From a virus (Duplodnaviria > Caudoviricetes), in IMG/VR virus record IMGVR_UViG_3300031993_000055, positions 8,637-72,636 of that record: 64,000 nt of DNA. One strand, written 5' to 3'. A model generated the notes under the pieces. It did no database searches. It was not told where the DNA came from and saw nothing but the letters and a program-made list of their open reading frames with translations. The position numbers and the translations under genes are program-made. This document shows, in pieces, positions 9,601-18,866 of this stretch; position 1 is the stretch's first letter; each line of letters starts with the position of its first letter.

Positions 9601-12600
9601 CCCACGCTTCACCCTCAGTGATGTCTTCGTTATTACGCTCGTCCTGAATCTTCTGGTTGCGCTCGGTATAGTAGGCATCCAACTCCTCGAGATAAGCCTG
9701 CAGCTCTGCCTTGAACTGCTTATGGCGGGCCTTCTGTTTGGCCGGATCCATCCAGTCACCTGTATTCGTCAGGTGGCGGGCGTGCAGCTCGTCCTGGATC
9801 TTCAGGCGTTCGGTGTTGTACCACTCGATGACAGTTCGCATATCGCTGGCCATACCACCTTCGATAGCCTTCTGGAGGGCCTTATCCTCTGCCAGTACGC
9901 TCTTGATGTCAGAGTCCGTCTGTATGGCATTGACAAAGTCCTTCATCTGCTTACGGCGGGTAACCAGCTGCTCGGCGTTCATGTCTGCATAGTTGGTGGA
10001 CTCGGCTCCGAGCTTTTCACCCCATCCGCCGTTGCCGCCACCTGTGCCGCCTTTGACCTCAGCCGGCAGCAGGCCACGCAGTCTCTTCATCTCATCCTCT
10101 GAGACAAGGTATGCTTCGGCAGTGGCCTTAGCCTGCTGGCTGATGTTCTTAGCGTTAGCCTCGATATATCCGCGAAGCTGCTCCTGTGCATTGACAAAGG
10201 CCTTCACCTGTTCCACATTCTTCTCGTTAATCTGTGGCTTCCAGCCCGGGAGAGGCATTTCCGTGCTTGCCTGGGCGTTCGCATTGCCCTGCCAGTTAAG
10301 AGACACTTTTCCGGCTGTCCTGTTGTTCCATCCCTTGCCAAGGAATCCTTGTTCGGATGGTGCGGCAGTTGCAGCGATAGAAGCAGGAACGGCATTCTGG
10401 CCGAAGTTCTTCAGTATGCCTATGAGATTGTTCAGATTGGCGTTTACATCACCCTGTATGGCGCGCTGCGTGTTACGCAGGTCAGCACGTGTACTGGCAG
10501 TAGACACAGCAATATCCTTTGCCTGGCTTCTTGCCTGCTTCGCATAGTCTGAGAGTGCGACGCGGATGGAGTTGGCTTCCTTTCCAGCAATCTCTCCGTC
10601 GGCAACGAGCCTGTTTGTCATATTGTAGGCTTCCTTCATGAACGTACGCCATTCGGTGTTGACGTTCTGGTCGGCGAAGCTCTTCAGCCTGTCCGTCACG
10701 GCCTGGATATCCGTATTGGTCTTGGCGCCTCCCCTTACTCTGGTCTCCAGATTTCCGTAAGCCTCGTTGATATCCTTGTTATGCTCGGAACGAACGGCAT
10801 TCTCCTGCTCGAGGATACGCTTCTCATAAGCTTCCTCGCGTATACGCTTGGCTATCAGCTCGTGCGCATTTGCCAGTTGGATGGCACTGTTGGTCTCACT
10901 GAGCATGTAACCGAGATACTTGCTGTATTTGGAGTTGATTTCCGATATGAGCCTACTGCGCTCATCCTGAGCAAGGTTGGAGTTCTTCAGCGGTGTAAAC
11001 AGACTGTCAAGAGCCTTCTTCTCGTCGCTGAGCTTCTGATTGAAAGCGCCGATCTCTGCTGCCGTCTCCTTTGTGGCCTCGTAGAAATCCCATAGCTTAT
11101 AGGCTGCATATATGACAGCCGCCGTGATGGCTCCGAATACATTCTGCTTCATGGCGACATCAAGCTTCTTCCATTCGATAGCACCTTGTGCTACAACCCT
11201 GTTATGGATACCCATCTGCCATGCCAGAGCCTTGAGTCCTGTAATGGCTACGGTAAAGAACCGTCCTGTAGAAGCTGTAAGCGCAGCCAGCGCATTAGGC
11301 AGTTTTACAAGGATTGCCTGGCCGAGACCAATCCTGATAGCGGCCCACATAACCAGAAGGGTCTTGAGTCCCTTTGCGATTACACCGTCGCTGGATACAA
11401 GGTCCGCAATAGAGCGCAGTCCGTCAATAATACGCCCGAAGAAACGCTGCGACTGGTCACCGACAAACCCTTCCTCGATCTGGTTCTTCAGGCGCTCCCA
11501 CTTAGCTGCAGTGGTGGCGTTCATCTTCTGGAACTCCTGCTCGATGGCTATATTCTCCTTATACGCCTGGCTTGCAACACCAAGCTGACGACGCAGCTCG
11601 TCGACATTCTGTGACAGACCAGCGAACACGATACCTGCACGGGCACCCTGCTGGTTCAAGTCCTTCATAATGTCGCGCATGCCGCCCATACCCATCATGG
11701 CCTCGATAGATTCCTCGTCCATGTTGGCATCCTTCATGTGCTGCAGAATCATCAGGATAACCTCCATACCCTTGCCTGCATCAAACAGGTCGCGGATGGT
11801 ATTTGGTGTTACTCCGATGGCACGTGCTATGTCAAATGCGTTATTCCTGATGGCAGGAATCATTCGGGACAGTGCCGTAGCAGACATCTCAATACGCATA
11901 CCGAGAGAGCTGATGGTAGAACCGAGGGCAGAGACCTGGTCGATAGTTATGCCGCTCTGTGCTCCCACAGCGCCCACACGCTTCACGAAGTCCGTGATTT
12001 CCGGTGCCGTAGATGCACTCGTGGCACGCAGACGGTCAATGGTAGATGCAATCTTCTCCATGGCAACAGCCGTCGCAGAAGAACCTTGTATCGTTCCTTC
12101 CTGCAGCTGCTTGCGGATCTTCTCCACCTCGCCGGTCGCAATGGCCACACGCATCATCTCCGTAGCAGCCTCCTTACCCATTTCAGGCAGGGCAATCATC
12201 AGCTTGTTGGCGGCCTCCGTAAATCCCTGGACATCCTCCAGCGTCTTCAGACCCAGCTGACCGGCAGCAGCAGAAATCTCCATCAGGTTGACAAGTGGTG
12301 TACGTACGTCCATCTTTTTAAGGTTGTTGCTCAGTCGTCCAACCTCGTCGGCAGTAAATCCCGTCGTCTTACGTACCTCACCCATCTTGTCGGAGAGCTC
12401 CAGGATATCGCCCATGGTGCTTGCAAGTTTCTGCATAGCGACAGCAGCACCCATGTAGAGTCCGATATAAGTCTTCAGTCGGCTCCACGCCTTGTCAAAT
12501 GAAGATGCCGTTCCCTTGGCCTGACCCTGAAGTTGTTTCAGCTGTATCTCCGCCTTCTTGGTGCTCTGAGCCAGCATCTCGTATTCCTTCGAGTTCTTAC

Positions 12601-13951
12601 CTATGGTGCCGGCCATCAGGTCAAGTTCTGCCTTGGCGCGTTTTACGGCTGCAGACAGCTCGTTCAGGTTCTTGGCGTTGGCGGGCTTGTCGATGATCTG
12701 GCGCATACGCTCACTGGTCATGCCGGTGTTGTTCATCTCAACACGCACCTTGTCCAGCGCATCCTTGTATTTCTGCCATTCGGCAGTACCCTTCTTCGCT
12801 GTCTCCAAGGCTTTCTGCAGTGCAGCCTCGGCCTGCTTCAGCTGTTTGTCGGTACCAGTAAATCCTTTGCCACCTGCATTAGCTGACACTTTCAGGGCAT
12901 CAGCAAGCGATATGGCTTCACCTCTGGCTATCTTCTCGACATCTGCATATTCCTTCAGATAAGCCTCTCCTTGCTGTACAAGCTTATTATAGTGCATCCA
13001 CATGGCACTGCCAGACTGCATGGCATCACGCAGCTGCGTCATCTGCTGGGTAGCCAGACGCACCTGGTCGACACCATACTTGCTGGTATCCTTCAATATC
13101 GTTTCTGCGCTTGCAGCCTTACGTCTCTTCTCTTCGTTCTGAACTTGTTTGAGCTTTGCCTCGTAACGGGTCAGTTCGGCGCTTCCCTGTTCTGCACCGG
13201 CAACCATGGCCTCCCAGAACCGCCTGGTATCACCAAGGGCAGCAGCCGACAGTGTCTTCAGGTTCTTCATCTGCTTGTTCATAGCAGTGATCTGGCTTGC
13301 CTGTGCTGCCTTCTTCTCTACTTCTGCCAGTCTACCAAGTTCTGCGGTGACAACCTTCAACTGCCGATCATAGACTTTCCACTCCTTAGAGCCACGAACC
13401 TCGAGTGTCAAAAGCTGCTCAAGATCTCTCTTTGCCTGTGATAGGGTAGCCTGACTCACGCCTCCCCCACTCTTGATTGTCTGAACCAAGGCCTTGAGGT
13501 CGTTGTTGGCTTTAAGGATATTTTCATCAAGCGCTACTATCAGCGCATCCATCTCCTTCCATTCTTGCGAACCTACTTTCACTCGCGACTGCGCCAACTG
13601 TGCAGCATTACGTGCAGCCTTGCTCAAGGCTGCGCTCATGCCTTCTACACTACCTTTCCCTCTGTTAAACTGCTTGATAGCTTCGTCAAGAGCACGCACA
13701 CCCTTCATGTTGTTCTGAAGGGCCCCCTGCCATTGTTTTGATACGCGCTCAGCATTCTTCAGCTCTGTCTCAAGCTTCTGAATCTGGTCAACAGGCATAT
13801 TGGTGTTACGGGCATTCTGCAACTCTTTTCTCAAGCGATCGACCTCGTCTCTCGCCTTTTTTGATTCCGTCTGCAGAGCCTGAAGTGCGGCATTGGCTTT
13901 ACCGGCATTAGCCTGAAAGTCAATATGGATGATGTCATGTCTTGCTGCCAT
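6614..13951 (-). CDS. Phage tail tape measure protein (2445 aa)
   Basis: Very long helical Ala/Gln/Lys-rich ORF with TP901-like core (EVRKTTGFTADEVGRLSNNLKKMDVRTPLVNLMEISAAAGQLG) and C-terminal AEGN...GEKGREAII motif. Confidence 0.92.
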   Translation of the reverse strand: MAARHDIIHIDFQANAGKANAALQALQTESKKARDEVDRLRKELQNARNTNMPVDQIQKLETELKNAERVSKQWQGALQNNMKGVRALDEAIKQFNRGKGSVEGMSAALSKAARNAAQLAQSRVKVGSQEWKEMDALIVALDENILKANNDLKALVQTIKSGGGVSQATLSQAKRDLEQLLTLEVRGSKEWKVYDRQLKVVTAELGRLAEVEKKAAQASQITAMNKQMKNLKTLSAAALGDTRRFWEAMVAGAEQGSAELTRYEAKLKQVQNEEKRRKAASAETILKDTSKYGVDQVRLATQQMTQLRDAMQSGSAMWMHYNKLVQQGEAYLKEYADVEKIARGEAISLADALKVSANAGGKGFTGTDKQLKQAEAALQKALETAKKGTAEWQKYKDALDKVRVEMNNTGMTSERMRQIIDKPANAKNLNELSAAVKRAKAELDLMAGTIGKNSKEYEMLAQSTKKAEIQLKQLQGQAKGTASSFDKAWSRLKTYIGLYMGAAVAMQKLASTMGDILELSDKMGEVRKTTGFTADEVGRLSNNLKKMDVRTPLVNLMEISAAAGQLGLKTLEDVQGFTEAANKLMIALPEMGKEAATEMMRVAIATGEVEKIRKQLQEGTIQGSSATAVAMEKIASTIDRLRATSASTAPEITDFVKRVGAVGAQSGITIDQVSALGSTISSLGMRIEMSATALSRMIPAIRNNAFDIARAIGVTPNTIRDLFDAGKGMEVILMILQHMKDANMDEESIEAMMGMGGMRDIMKDLNQQGARAGIVFAGLSQNVDELRRQLGVASQAYKENIAIEQEFQKMNATTAAKWERLKNQIEEGFVGDQSQRFFGRIIDGLRSIADLVSSDGVIAKGLKTLLVMWAAIRIGLGQAILVKLPNALAALTASTGRFFTVAITGLKALAWQMGIHNRVVAQGAIEWKKLDVAMKQNVFGAITAAVIYAAYKLWDFYEATKETAAEIGAFNQKLSDEKKALDSLFTPLKNSNLAQDERSRLISEINSKYSKYLGYMLSETNSAIQLANAHELIAKRIREEAYEKRILEQENAVRSEHNKDINEAYGNLETRVRGGAKTNTDIQAVTDRLKSFADQNVNTEWRTFMKEAYNMTNRLVADGEIAGKEANSIRVALSDYAKQARSQAKDIAVSTASTRADLRNTQRAIQGDVNANLNNLIGILKNFGQNAVPASIAATAAPSEQGFLGKGWNNRTAGKVSLNWQGNANAQASTEMPLPGWKPQINEKNVEQVKAFVNAQEQLRGYIEANAKNISQQAKATAEAYLVSEDEMKRLRGLLPAEVKGGTGGGNGGWGEKLGAESTNYADMNAEQLVTRRKQMKDFVNAIQTDSDIKSVLAEDKALQKAIEGGMASDMRTVIEWYNTERLKIQDELHARHLTNTGDWMDPAKQKARHKQFKAELQAYLEELDAYYTERNQKIQDERNNEDITEGEAWVRTIKNEAEWHQRRAELQKMYSDKNVEVVKDEQEAIHKIIAARTGDDVKFIEKSIEKTKQFAQMVRKADPNGRGEAEYRKWEADLGLGWERDYLKQEKSIGKQVKFMADTLAKERPLNSIVEDLELTLSKMGILEGDVPKKTAFLLDQLEDAYTLGVKELVDRVSKAGFDEWAKQIDGDISVQQALIAQLRKAYEAVQDAIRKEASRIKKDADMMWKLIFTPDGKNLKKETDIALARMGLQQESIGRANQLIGAGSASENIASKLAIKQLQLQLSIQRAQFALMRKIGNEKAEYLDKLAEQYRLEGKVRDAQRASTDAENVRKSLNLAITEEEKKQLDLTNQIAREQEEIQNRLYQDLRAWSELLSSSLQQVFEASHAGDAEYYNELAKLNLTGKGGPGAGTYIVIDNAGTSKATAHYEHLDEREALEREHEIERQNAQAEAWKKLWDDLNNKMSERITDWINASLQNQGVDENTRALDLNKIAEDLNTSAVKANTERIGTLTNKLAEGIKIQKDDTGTGVGNEFASDKLANYGSEPQVEGVPSGVGFSADKGANYPSGGQQNDEATRANTEAVNALTQTLGGQVPEGADTGSDFAASKSADYGSGPAGDNMESGSTGNFALDKLAYYQQVGEAAGQAAQAEIDASNQVKSVVISNSNAQTQTKTENAKKETNASKQADKEEKSSAQSKYAAMASAMNMYGIAYQTMSNENMDTTQKFLSFALQAAGQTAIGMLTTNMLATDAQGKVELPGILGKAASQLGPIAGPIAFAAMTALLGGLMAVAMSKVGKAKSQIAQVTGASVGAGRLATGMLTYAEGNVNEFTDPSTLTPGRHYNVDGADGKTYRAKYMGKNIRTHITTGPEFHLTGEKGREAIIDAHTTRMMQMDDTGIWQSIQTLYNGGSMALRRRRSMKRGIPAFADGNLDEFEDVTEMTGTSSADMTQVVGLKDSLDRQNALLEELLVNGVKGHFDVYGRGGLVDAYDTGKKTLNRHGEKH

Positions 13952-13963
13952 ATAAATATTAGT

Positions 13964-14524
13964 TTATCGTGTTGTTCTTTCTTTTCGACTTGACCAAAAG
14001 AGAGCCCTGTTTACAGCGGCTGCTGCACTTTGGGTATTGCCCATGGCATATACCATGAACACTGTTCCTACAAACGAGAAGTGTTTGCGGGCCATAGTGG
14101 CGAATTTGCCAGCCTGTTTACGCATCTCCGTAACAACATGGGGCTTTGCTTTTCGCATTCTCGAGGGAACCGTAATAGGCTGCCATCGAGGCTGTGGAAT
14201 GTCAGGGACGGGGCCGTTATATGGATTATTCTTACCTAAAGCCAACTCCACAAACTTAGCGTAATACAAATACCTGGCCGTAAACACCTGTACGTCACCA
14301 TTACTTGCCGCAAATGTTTTCCATACCAGAGAACGTTTCAGCCTTCCGCTTTTCCCTATATGCTGACGTTCAACATTCTGTTTAGTATCCCTGCCAGTAA
14401 TATTCACGAAATTGTTTATCCATGACATGATTCTTTCATCACGCCAATTCCATTTCCACGACAATACCTGATCGCCGTATTTATCGGTTGCCCAACTTCG
14501 TTCGTCAATAATGGATACAGCCAT
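13964..14524 (-). CDS. Putative tail completion protein (HK97 gp10-like)
   Basis: KSGRLKRSL...YAKFVELALG resembles gp10-like TGxLxRSI...YAxFVExG; adjacent to the tape measure gene. Confidence 0.5.
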   Translation of the reverse strand: MAVSIIDERSWATDKYGDQVLSWKWNWRDERIMSWINNFVNITGRDTKQNVERQHIGKSGRLKRSLVWKTFAASNGDVQVFTARYLYYAKFVELALGKNNPYNGPVPDIPQPRWQPITVPSRMRKAKPHVVTEMRKQAGKFATMARKHFSFVGTVFMVYAMGNTQSAAAAVNRALFWSSRKERTTR

Positions 14525-14543
14525 ATTATATACTTTTTATGGT

Positions 14544-14580
14544 TCAAAAATACAGTAATAGAGCTTGCAAATCAAGGGCA
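14544..14580 (-). promoter_or_regulatory. Putative late promoter 4
   Basis: TGCCCTTGA-N19-TATTTTTGA. Confidence 0.7.
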
Positions 14581-14683
14581 GACGCGGAAGAAAAAACAAA
14601 AGTGCAGGCAGCAAAGACACTACCTGCACAAACAAATACAATGGAATTATGACGTCATGTTCCCTCTGTCGTATTTTTATATA

Positions 14684-14720
14684 TCAAAGATACTTGTTTT
14701 CTGCTTCAATATCAAGGGCA
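14684..14720 (-). promoter_or_regulatory. Putative late promoter 5
   Basis: TGCCCTTGA-N19-TATCTTTGA. Confidence 0.7.
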
Positions 14721-14730
14721 GAGATTTCCC

Positions 14731-15243
14731 TTACTGTGTAATTTCGTTTTCCGAGGAATCCGAAGCACTTACTGACTCAGATGCACGCATCATCCTGACA
14801 GTTACCTCGGCCAGACAGTGCTGCCAGCGGCGCTTCAGGTCTCCTCCCTCACGCTCTGCGGTATCGAAGCGCTTGTACAGCTCCGCCTCCAGCAGCTGCA
14901 GTGACCCGGGTCCCGTGAGCGGCAGGCTGTCGTTCTGCAGCTCCTGCTCGCAGAAGGTGATAAAGCGCATGGCACGCAGCGCGGCATCGGCATGCGCCAT
15001 ACGTATCTTCCTGGCCAGCTGGCTGTAATGCTCCTTCGTCAGCTCAGGTGCCGTTATCTTCTCTTCACTCTCAGGCTGCTTTGCCTTCCTGCCTTTCTGG
15101 ACCATCAGCTCCATCAGTGCCTGTGCCGCCAGCTCCGCATCGTCGGGCTCTGGCGTCATAGGTGCCTGCCCCACCCCCTCTATCATCAGAGGCTGTGGCT
15201 GCTGCTTCTCCTTCCGCTGGAATATCTTACCTAACCATCTCAT
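14731..15243 (-). CDS. Hypothetical protein (170 aa)
   Basis: ORF with typical codon usage preceded by a late-promoter motif. Confidence 0.65.
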   Translation of the reverse strand: MRWLGKIFQRKEKQQPQPLMIEGVGQAPMTPEPDDAELAAQALMELMVQKGRKAKQPESEEKITAPELTKEHYSQLARKIRMAHADAALRAMRFITFCEQELQNDSLPLTGPGSLQLLEAELYKRFDTAEREGGDLKRRWQHCLAEVTVRMMRASESVSASDSSENEITQ

Positions 15244-15263
15244 AAGCGCTTCATGTTTATACC

Positions 15264-15300
15264 TGCAAGATAAGGTTCCAAAGCCCGAAGGTCAAGGGCG
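15264..15300 (-). promoter_or_regulatory. Putative late promoter 6
   Basis: CGCCCTTGA-N19-TATCTTGCA. Confidence 0.65.
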
Positions 15301-15397
15301 GTTCATACGTTTTTAGGAAAATTAACTCCCAAAATCATAATACTGCCGGATATTTTCCGTATATTTGCAGCCACAATCTAAAAGTTACAAACCTAAA

Positions 15398-16390
15398 ATG
15401 GAAAATCAGAAGTCAAAGAAACGCTACAGGAAGGTCTCCCAGGAGACCGTAGACAAGCTGCGTGCGCTCTATCAGGAGCATACGGCCAAGGAGTGTGCCA
15501 GAATCCTTCATCTCCCGGCGTCGGTGGTCATATACCAGATACAGAAGAACCACATCGACATAGAGGACAGGACAACGGTAACCAAGGCTGCACCGCCCCC
15601 GCACTCCGTTTCTCTGTCAGAGCCGATCAACAAGCACAGGGAGCGCATGTTAAGCGCCATCAGGAGCGAGTATGCCGACAACCCCACCTCCGACGTGGCG
15701 GAGCAGACATGCGCAAACTACTACACCGTGTCCCGCGCTGCCGGAAAGCTCGGCATCAAGAAGACGAAGTCGTACATGCGCAAGCGCTGGTCTACAGGCA
15801 ACCGCACCTCTATAGGCAAGGAGAGGCGCCAGCGCATAGAAGAGTACCTCAGGCAGCACTTCAGCGACACGAGGAACAGCGACCTGGCAGAGGCGCTCGG
15901 TATCGACCCGAAGACCGTCCGGCGCTATGCCCGCAGGCTCGGGCTCGTCAAGACCAAGGCGTTCATGGACTATTCGAGGTCGAAGAAGTTCGGAGGATAT
16001 TCTGATGAGTTCAAGGCATGGCGCCTGAAGCGTATCGCAGAGGTATTTCAGAAAGGCAGCGCCGAAGATCTGCAGAAGCTCGCAGAGGAGCTGTACATCA
16101 GCGTCGGCACAATCAAAACCATCGCCTATACCAACGGCATACGCCGGGCTAAAAAGGAAGACGACAAGGCGTTTATCGAGAGTCTGCGCGAATACTTTCC
16201 CACACATACGGACAGGGAGTGCGCCGAGCACTTCGGAACGAAGATAGATACCATCTGGTACCTCGCCAGGAAGTTCAGCCTGTACAAGGACAAGGACCAT
16301 GTCAAGGAAGTCCGCCTCGAGAACGGCAACCGCGCCTTTGCTGGATGGAAAAGGAAACAAATTAAAAAACAGGATATAGCGTATGAATAA
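15398..16390 (+). CDS. Multi-HTH-repeat DNA-binding protein
   Basis: Repeated modules such as FSDTRNSDLAEALGIDPKTVRRYARRLGLVK and FPTHTDRECAEHFGTKIDTIWYLARKFSLYK; TATATTTG promoter upstream. Confidence 0.7.
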   Translation: MENQKSKKRYRKVSQETVDKLRALYQEHTAKECARILHLPASVVIYQIQKNHIDIEDRTTVTKAAPPPHSVSLSEPINKHRERMLSAIRSEYADNPTSDVAEQTCANYYTVSRAAGKLGIKKTKSYMRKRWSTGNRTSIGKERRQRIEEYLRQHFSDTRNSDLAEALGIDPKTVRRYARRLGLVKTKAFMDYSRSKKFGGYSDEFKAWRLKRIAEVFQKGSAEDLQKLAEELYISVGTIKTIAYTNGIRRAKKEDDKAFIESLREYFPTHTDRECAEHFGTKIDTIWYLARKFSLYKDKDHVKEVRLENGNRAFAGWKRKQIKKQDIAYE

Positions 16391-16889
16391 GATTAAAACC
16401 ACACCGGCAGGGCTTGGCAAACTGTATGTCTGCCCACAGAAGGACTTCGAGGCAGGTACGGATACACCGCTGCATGAGATACCTCTGGAGCATGCCGACG
16501 GAACCGAAGGGAACCAGCCGAAGGAAGAGAAGAAAGGCTTTGCCTGCTCAGCAAACTTCGTCTTTGAAACCACACCCGAGTACGACAAGACCCTGCGAAA
16601 GCTGCTGAACCTCCATGGCCGCATGCCGCGTCGCAGGAAGAAAAGGATGCTCAACAGCGTACTCAGGCACAGGAAGCACATACTCAAGGTTCTGGATTAT
16701 CTGCCTGGAGAGTATTTCCCGGCACGCCAATACGTGCTGAAAGTCATGCTCTCAGGAGGTGTGCGCATGGAAGGACTCGGGAAGATAGTCGTCAGCGAGA
16801 CGGACTACCGCCTGGCGTTCCTCTGCATCAAGAGATTACTGATGGGACTCAGGCACGGCCTTGACAGGGTACTGAGGAAAGCCAGATAA
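16383..16889 (+). CDS. Hypothetical protein (168 aa)
   Basis: Overlaps the stop of the previous gene; followed by a terminator. Confidence 0.65.
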   Translation: MNKIKTTPAGLGKLYVCPQKDFEAGTDTPLHEIPLEHADGTEGNQPKEEKKGFACSANFVFETTPEYDKTLRKLLNLHGRMPRRRKKRMLNSVLRHRKHILKVLDYLPGEYFPARQYVLKVMLSGGVRMEGLGKIVVSETDYRLAFLCIKRLLMGLRHGLDRVLRKAR

Positions 16890-16891
16890 CA

Positions 16892-16931
16892 AAGTATGTA
16901 GGTAACTTCACAGCCACCTACATACTTTTTA
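16892..16931. terminator. Intrinsic terminator between convergent genes
   Basis: Perfect 12-bp stem AAGTATGTAGGT/ACCTACATACTT followed by a T-run. Confidence 0.8.
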
Positions 16932-16988
16932 CTAACAATCTAATCAAACCTAATCTTCTATGAATAACTAAAAACCTAAAATCATTTC

Positions 16989-18800
16989 TTAAACCTCTTT
17001 TCCTGATATTGTCTCTACCGTACCGGTCTTACTGTTATCAAGCGTTGTGAGCGTTTGGTCAATCACATGGAACTCCGCCCGCTCCCATTCATTGTAGGTC
17101 GCAATGACATTCAGGAACCTCTCGTAGCTGCGTTTCTGTACGGATAGCTGCTGCTGCTTCAGCAGGTGCATCTCGCGCAGGGCTGTGCCGCCATTCGAAG
17201 CTGCTGCCATGGGCACTCCGACCAGACGCGGGTCAACCTGCAGTGCGAGGAAGATAGGACTCGTAGAAAGTTCCAGCTCCTCCTTTCCGGCCTTTACCGC
17301 ATCGTTGGTTGTATCCTTGAAATCGACCACCTCGATGTTCTTGTGCTCCTTGCCGTCAGGATCTGTCCACATCCACTGGCGCATAGCCTTACCGTTGTTC
17401 TCGCGGTGCTGAAGGAAGCTCTCCATCGACTGGTCGAGCTGCTCGATAAACTCCTGCTGCTTATCTGGATTGCCTTGATATCCTTCGTCGGCGAACACCC
17501 GGTCCAGATAATCGAGACTCACATAATAACAACGAGAGAATGTCGTGTTGTTGTCGCGCTGCTTATACTTGTCGTAAAGTACCGTGGCCGAGAAGTCGAA
17601 AGCCTTCGAGGTGAAGACACTCCACCATGCAGGCTGCGGATAGAACGGCTTGTTAAGAGACGGATAGAATGTCGGGCAGACGATCCAGGTGGGTCTCTCC
17701 TTGATACGCTTCTTCAGGTTACTCTCTACGATATACTGGATCTCCGACAGCATGTGCTGCGGCATGGCGCACGGATATCTCTTGAAGGACTTGTCCTTCG
17801 TGGCATCTCCCGGAGTGGTGGTAGTAGCACCTGTAGAACCCTTCGTCCTGAGACTGTCACTGAAGAACACATCATGGATGTATCTGTTGGAGTCCATAGT
17901 ACCCAGTCTGCACGAATACGCTGGCAGCATATCGACTCGTGTGATCCTGGGCTTTACGGGATAGTCCCATCGGCGGGCTCGTCCCCGCTGCAGTCCGACA
18001 GTCGGGAAATAGATATCGAGCATCACATTGTCCTGCATACACTGCGACATGTGAAGGTCGAGATTGTTCTCTTCAAGGAACAGCTTGGCACCAGGCACGT
18101 AGGTAATATCGTCGTCAGACTTCACGTCAAATCCATACCAGGAGTTCTCCCATTTCTCCAGAGCCTCGCGGGCGCGTTTCAGGGCTGGCGACTCGTTTCT
18201 GGCAGGCTCGCGTCCTACGGCCACAAGACCGTCGTCGAGCAGCTGCTTCTCAACAGGATCCGTATCCGGCTCGTTCTTCTCGAGCTCGTCGATCTCCTTC
18301 TGCAGCCGCGCCCCGGCATCCCGGTACTCTACCAGCTCACCGTCAGGGAACCGGTACATCAGCCGTGCGCCAAGTCCTGTTATCAGGTCGGCAATATAGC
18401 GCAGAGGTGCGCCAGTATAGGGGCTTGACATGGCCAGTGGCGGGATAACGCTCGGAATATTGTCGCCTGCACCCCACTTCACGTAGTCGCCAAGATCGTT
18501 GCCGTCCTTGTCTTTCACGTGCTCGACAGTGTCTGTACGGCCGTCGAAACTCCAGGCGACCTTGCTGAGCGGGCCATTGCACCATATTCCTGCATTCATA
18601 CTTACAGCCATATCCTGTGCGCCGGCTGCTGCCGCGTCACCCAAAGCCAGCGAGATGTCACGCACCTTACCCGGCTTCAGCAGGTCGATGGCAACATACC
18701 TCTGGGACGTCAATCGTCTGTGCAGTTGGTTGAACTCCGATTGCGTCCTCGGTCTGTGTATGAATCCGACGTCGCTCTTGCTTTTATTATTTCTACCCAT
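16989..18800 (-). CDS. Phage portal protein (603 aa)
   Basis: Directly downstream of TerL; C-terminal IFLALQVDPRLVGV...NGGTALRE resembles Bacteroidetes phage portals. Confidence 0.7.
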   Translation of the reverse strand: MGRNNKSKSDVGFIHRPRTQSEFNQLHRRLTSQRYVAIDLLKPGKVRDISLALGDAAAAGAQDMAVSMNAGIWCNGPLSKVAWSFDGRTDTVEHVKDKDGNDLGDYVKWGAGDNIPSVIPPLAMSSPYTGAPLRYIADLITGLGARLMYRFPDGELVEYRDAGARLQKEIDELEKNEPDTDPVEKQLLDDGLVAVGREPARNESPALKRAREALEKWENSWYGFDVKSDDDITYVPGAKLFLEENNLDLHMSQCMQDNVMLDIYFPTVGLQRGRARRWDYPVKPRITRVDMLPAYSCRLGTMDSNRYIHDVFFSDSLRTKGSTGATTTTPGDATKDKSFKRYPCAMPQHMLSEIQYIVESNLKKRIKERPTWIVCPTFYPSLNKPFYPQPAWWSVFTSKAFDFSATVLYDKYKQRDNNTTFSRCYYVSLDYLDRVFADEGYQGNPDKQQEFIEQLDQSMESFLQHRENNGKAMRQWMWTDPDGKEHKNIEVVDFKDTTNDAVKAGKEELELSTSPIFLALQVDPRLVGVPMAAASNGGTALREMHLLKQQQLSVQKRSYERFLNVIATYNEWERAEFHVIDQTLTTLDNSKTGTVETISGKEV

Positions 18801-18821
18801 AGCTTATGTTGTTATTCTACT

Positions 18822-18858
18822 GCAAAAATACACGCACACCCCGCCAAAATCAAGGGCA
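18822..18858 (-). promoter_or_regulatory. Putative late promoter 7
   Basis: TGCCCTTGA-N19-TATTTTTGC upstream of the portal gene. Confidence 0.75.
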
Positions 18859-18866
18859 GAGAATAT

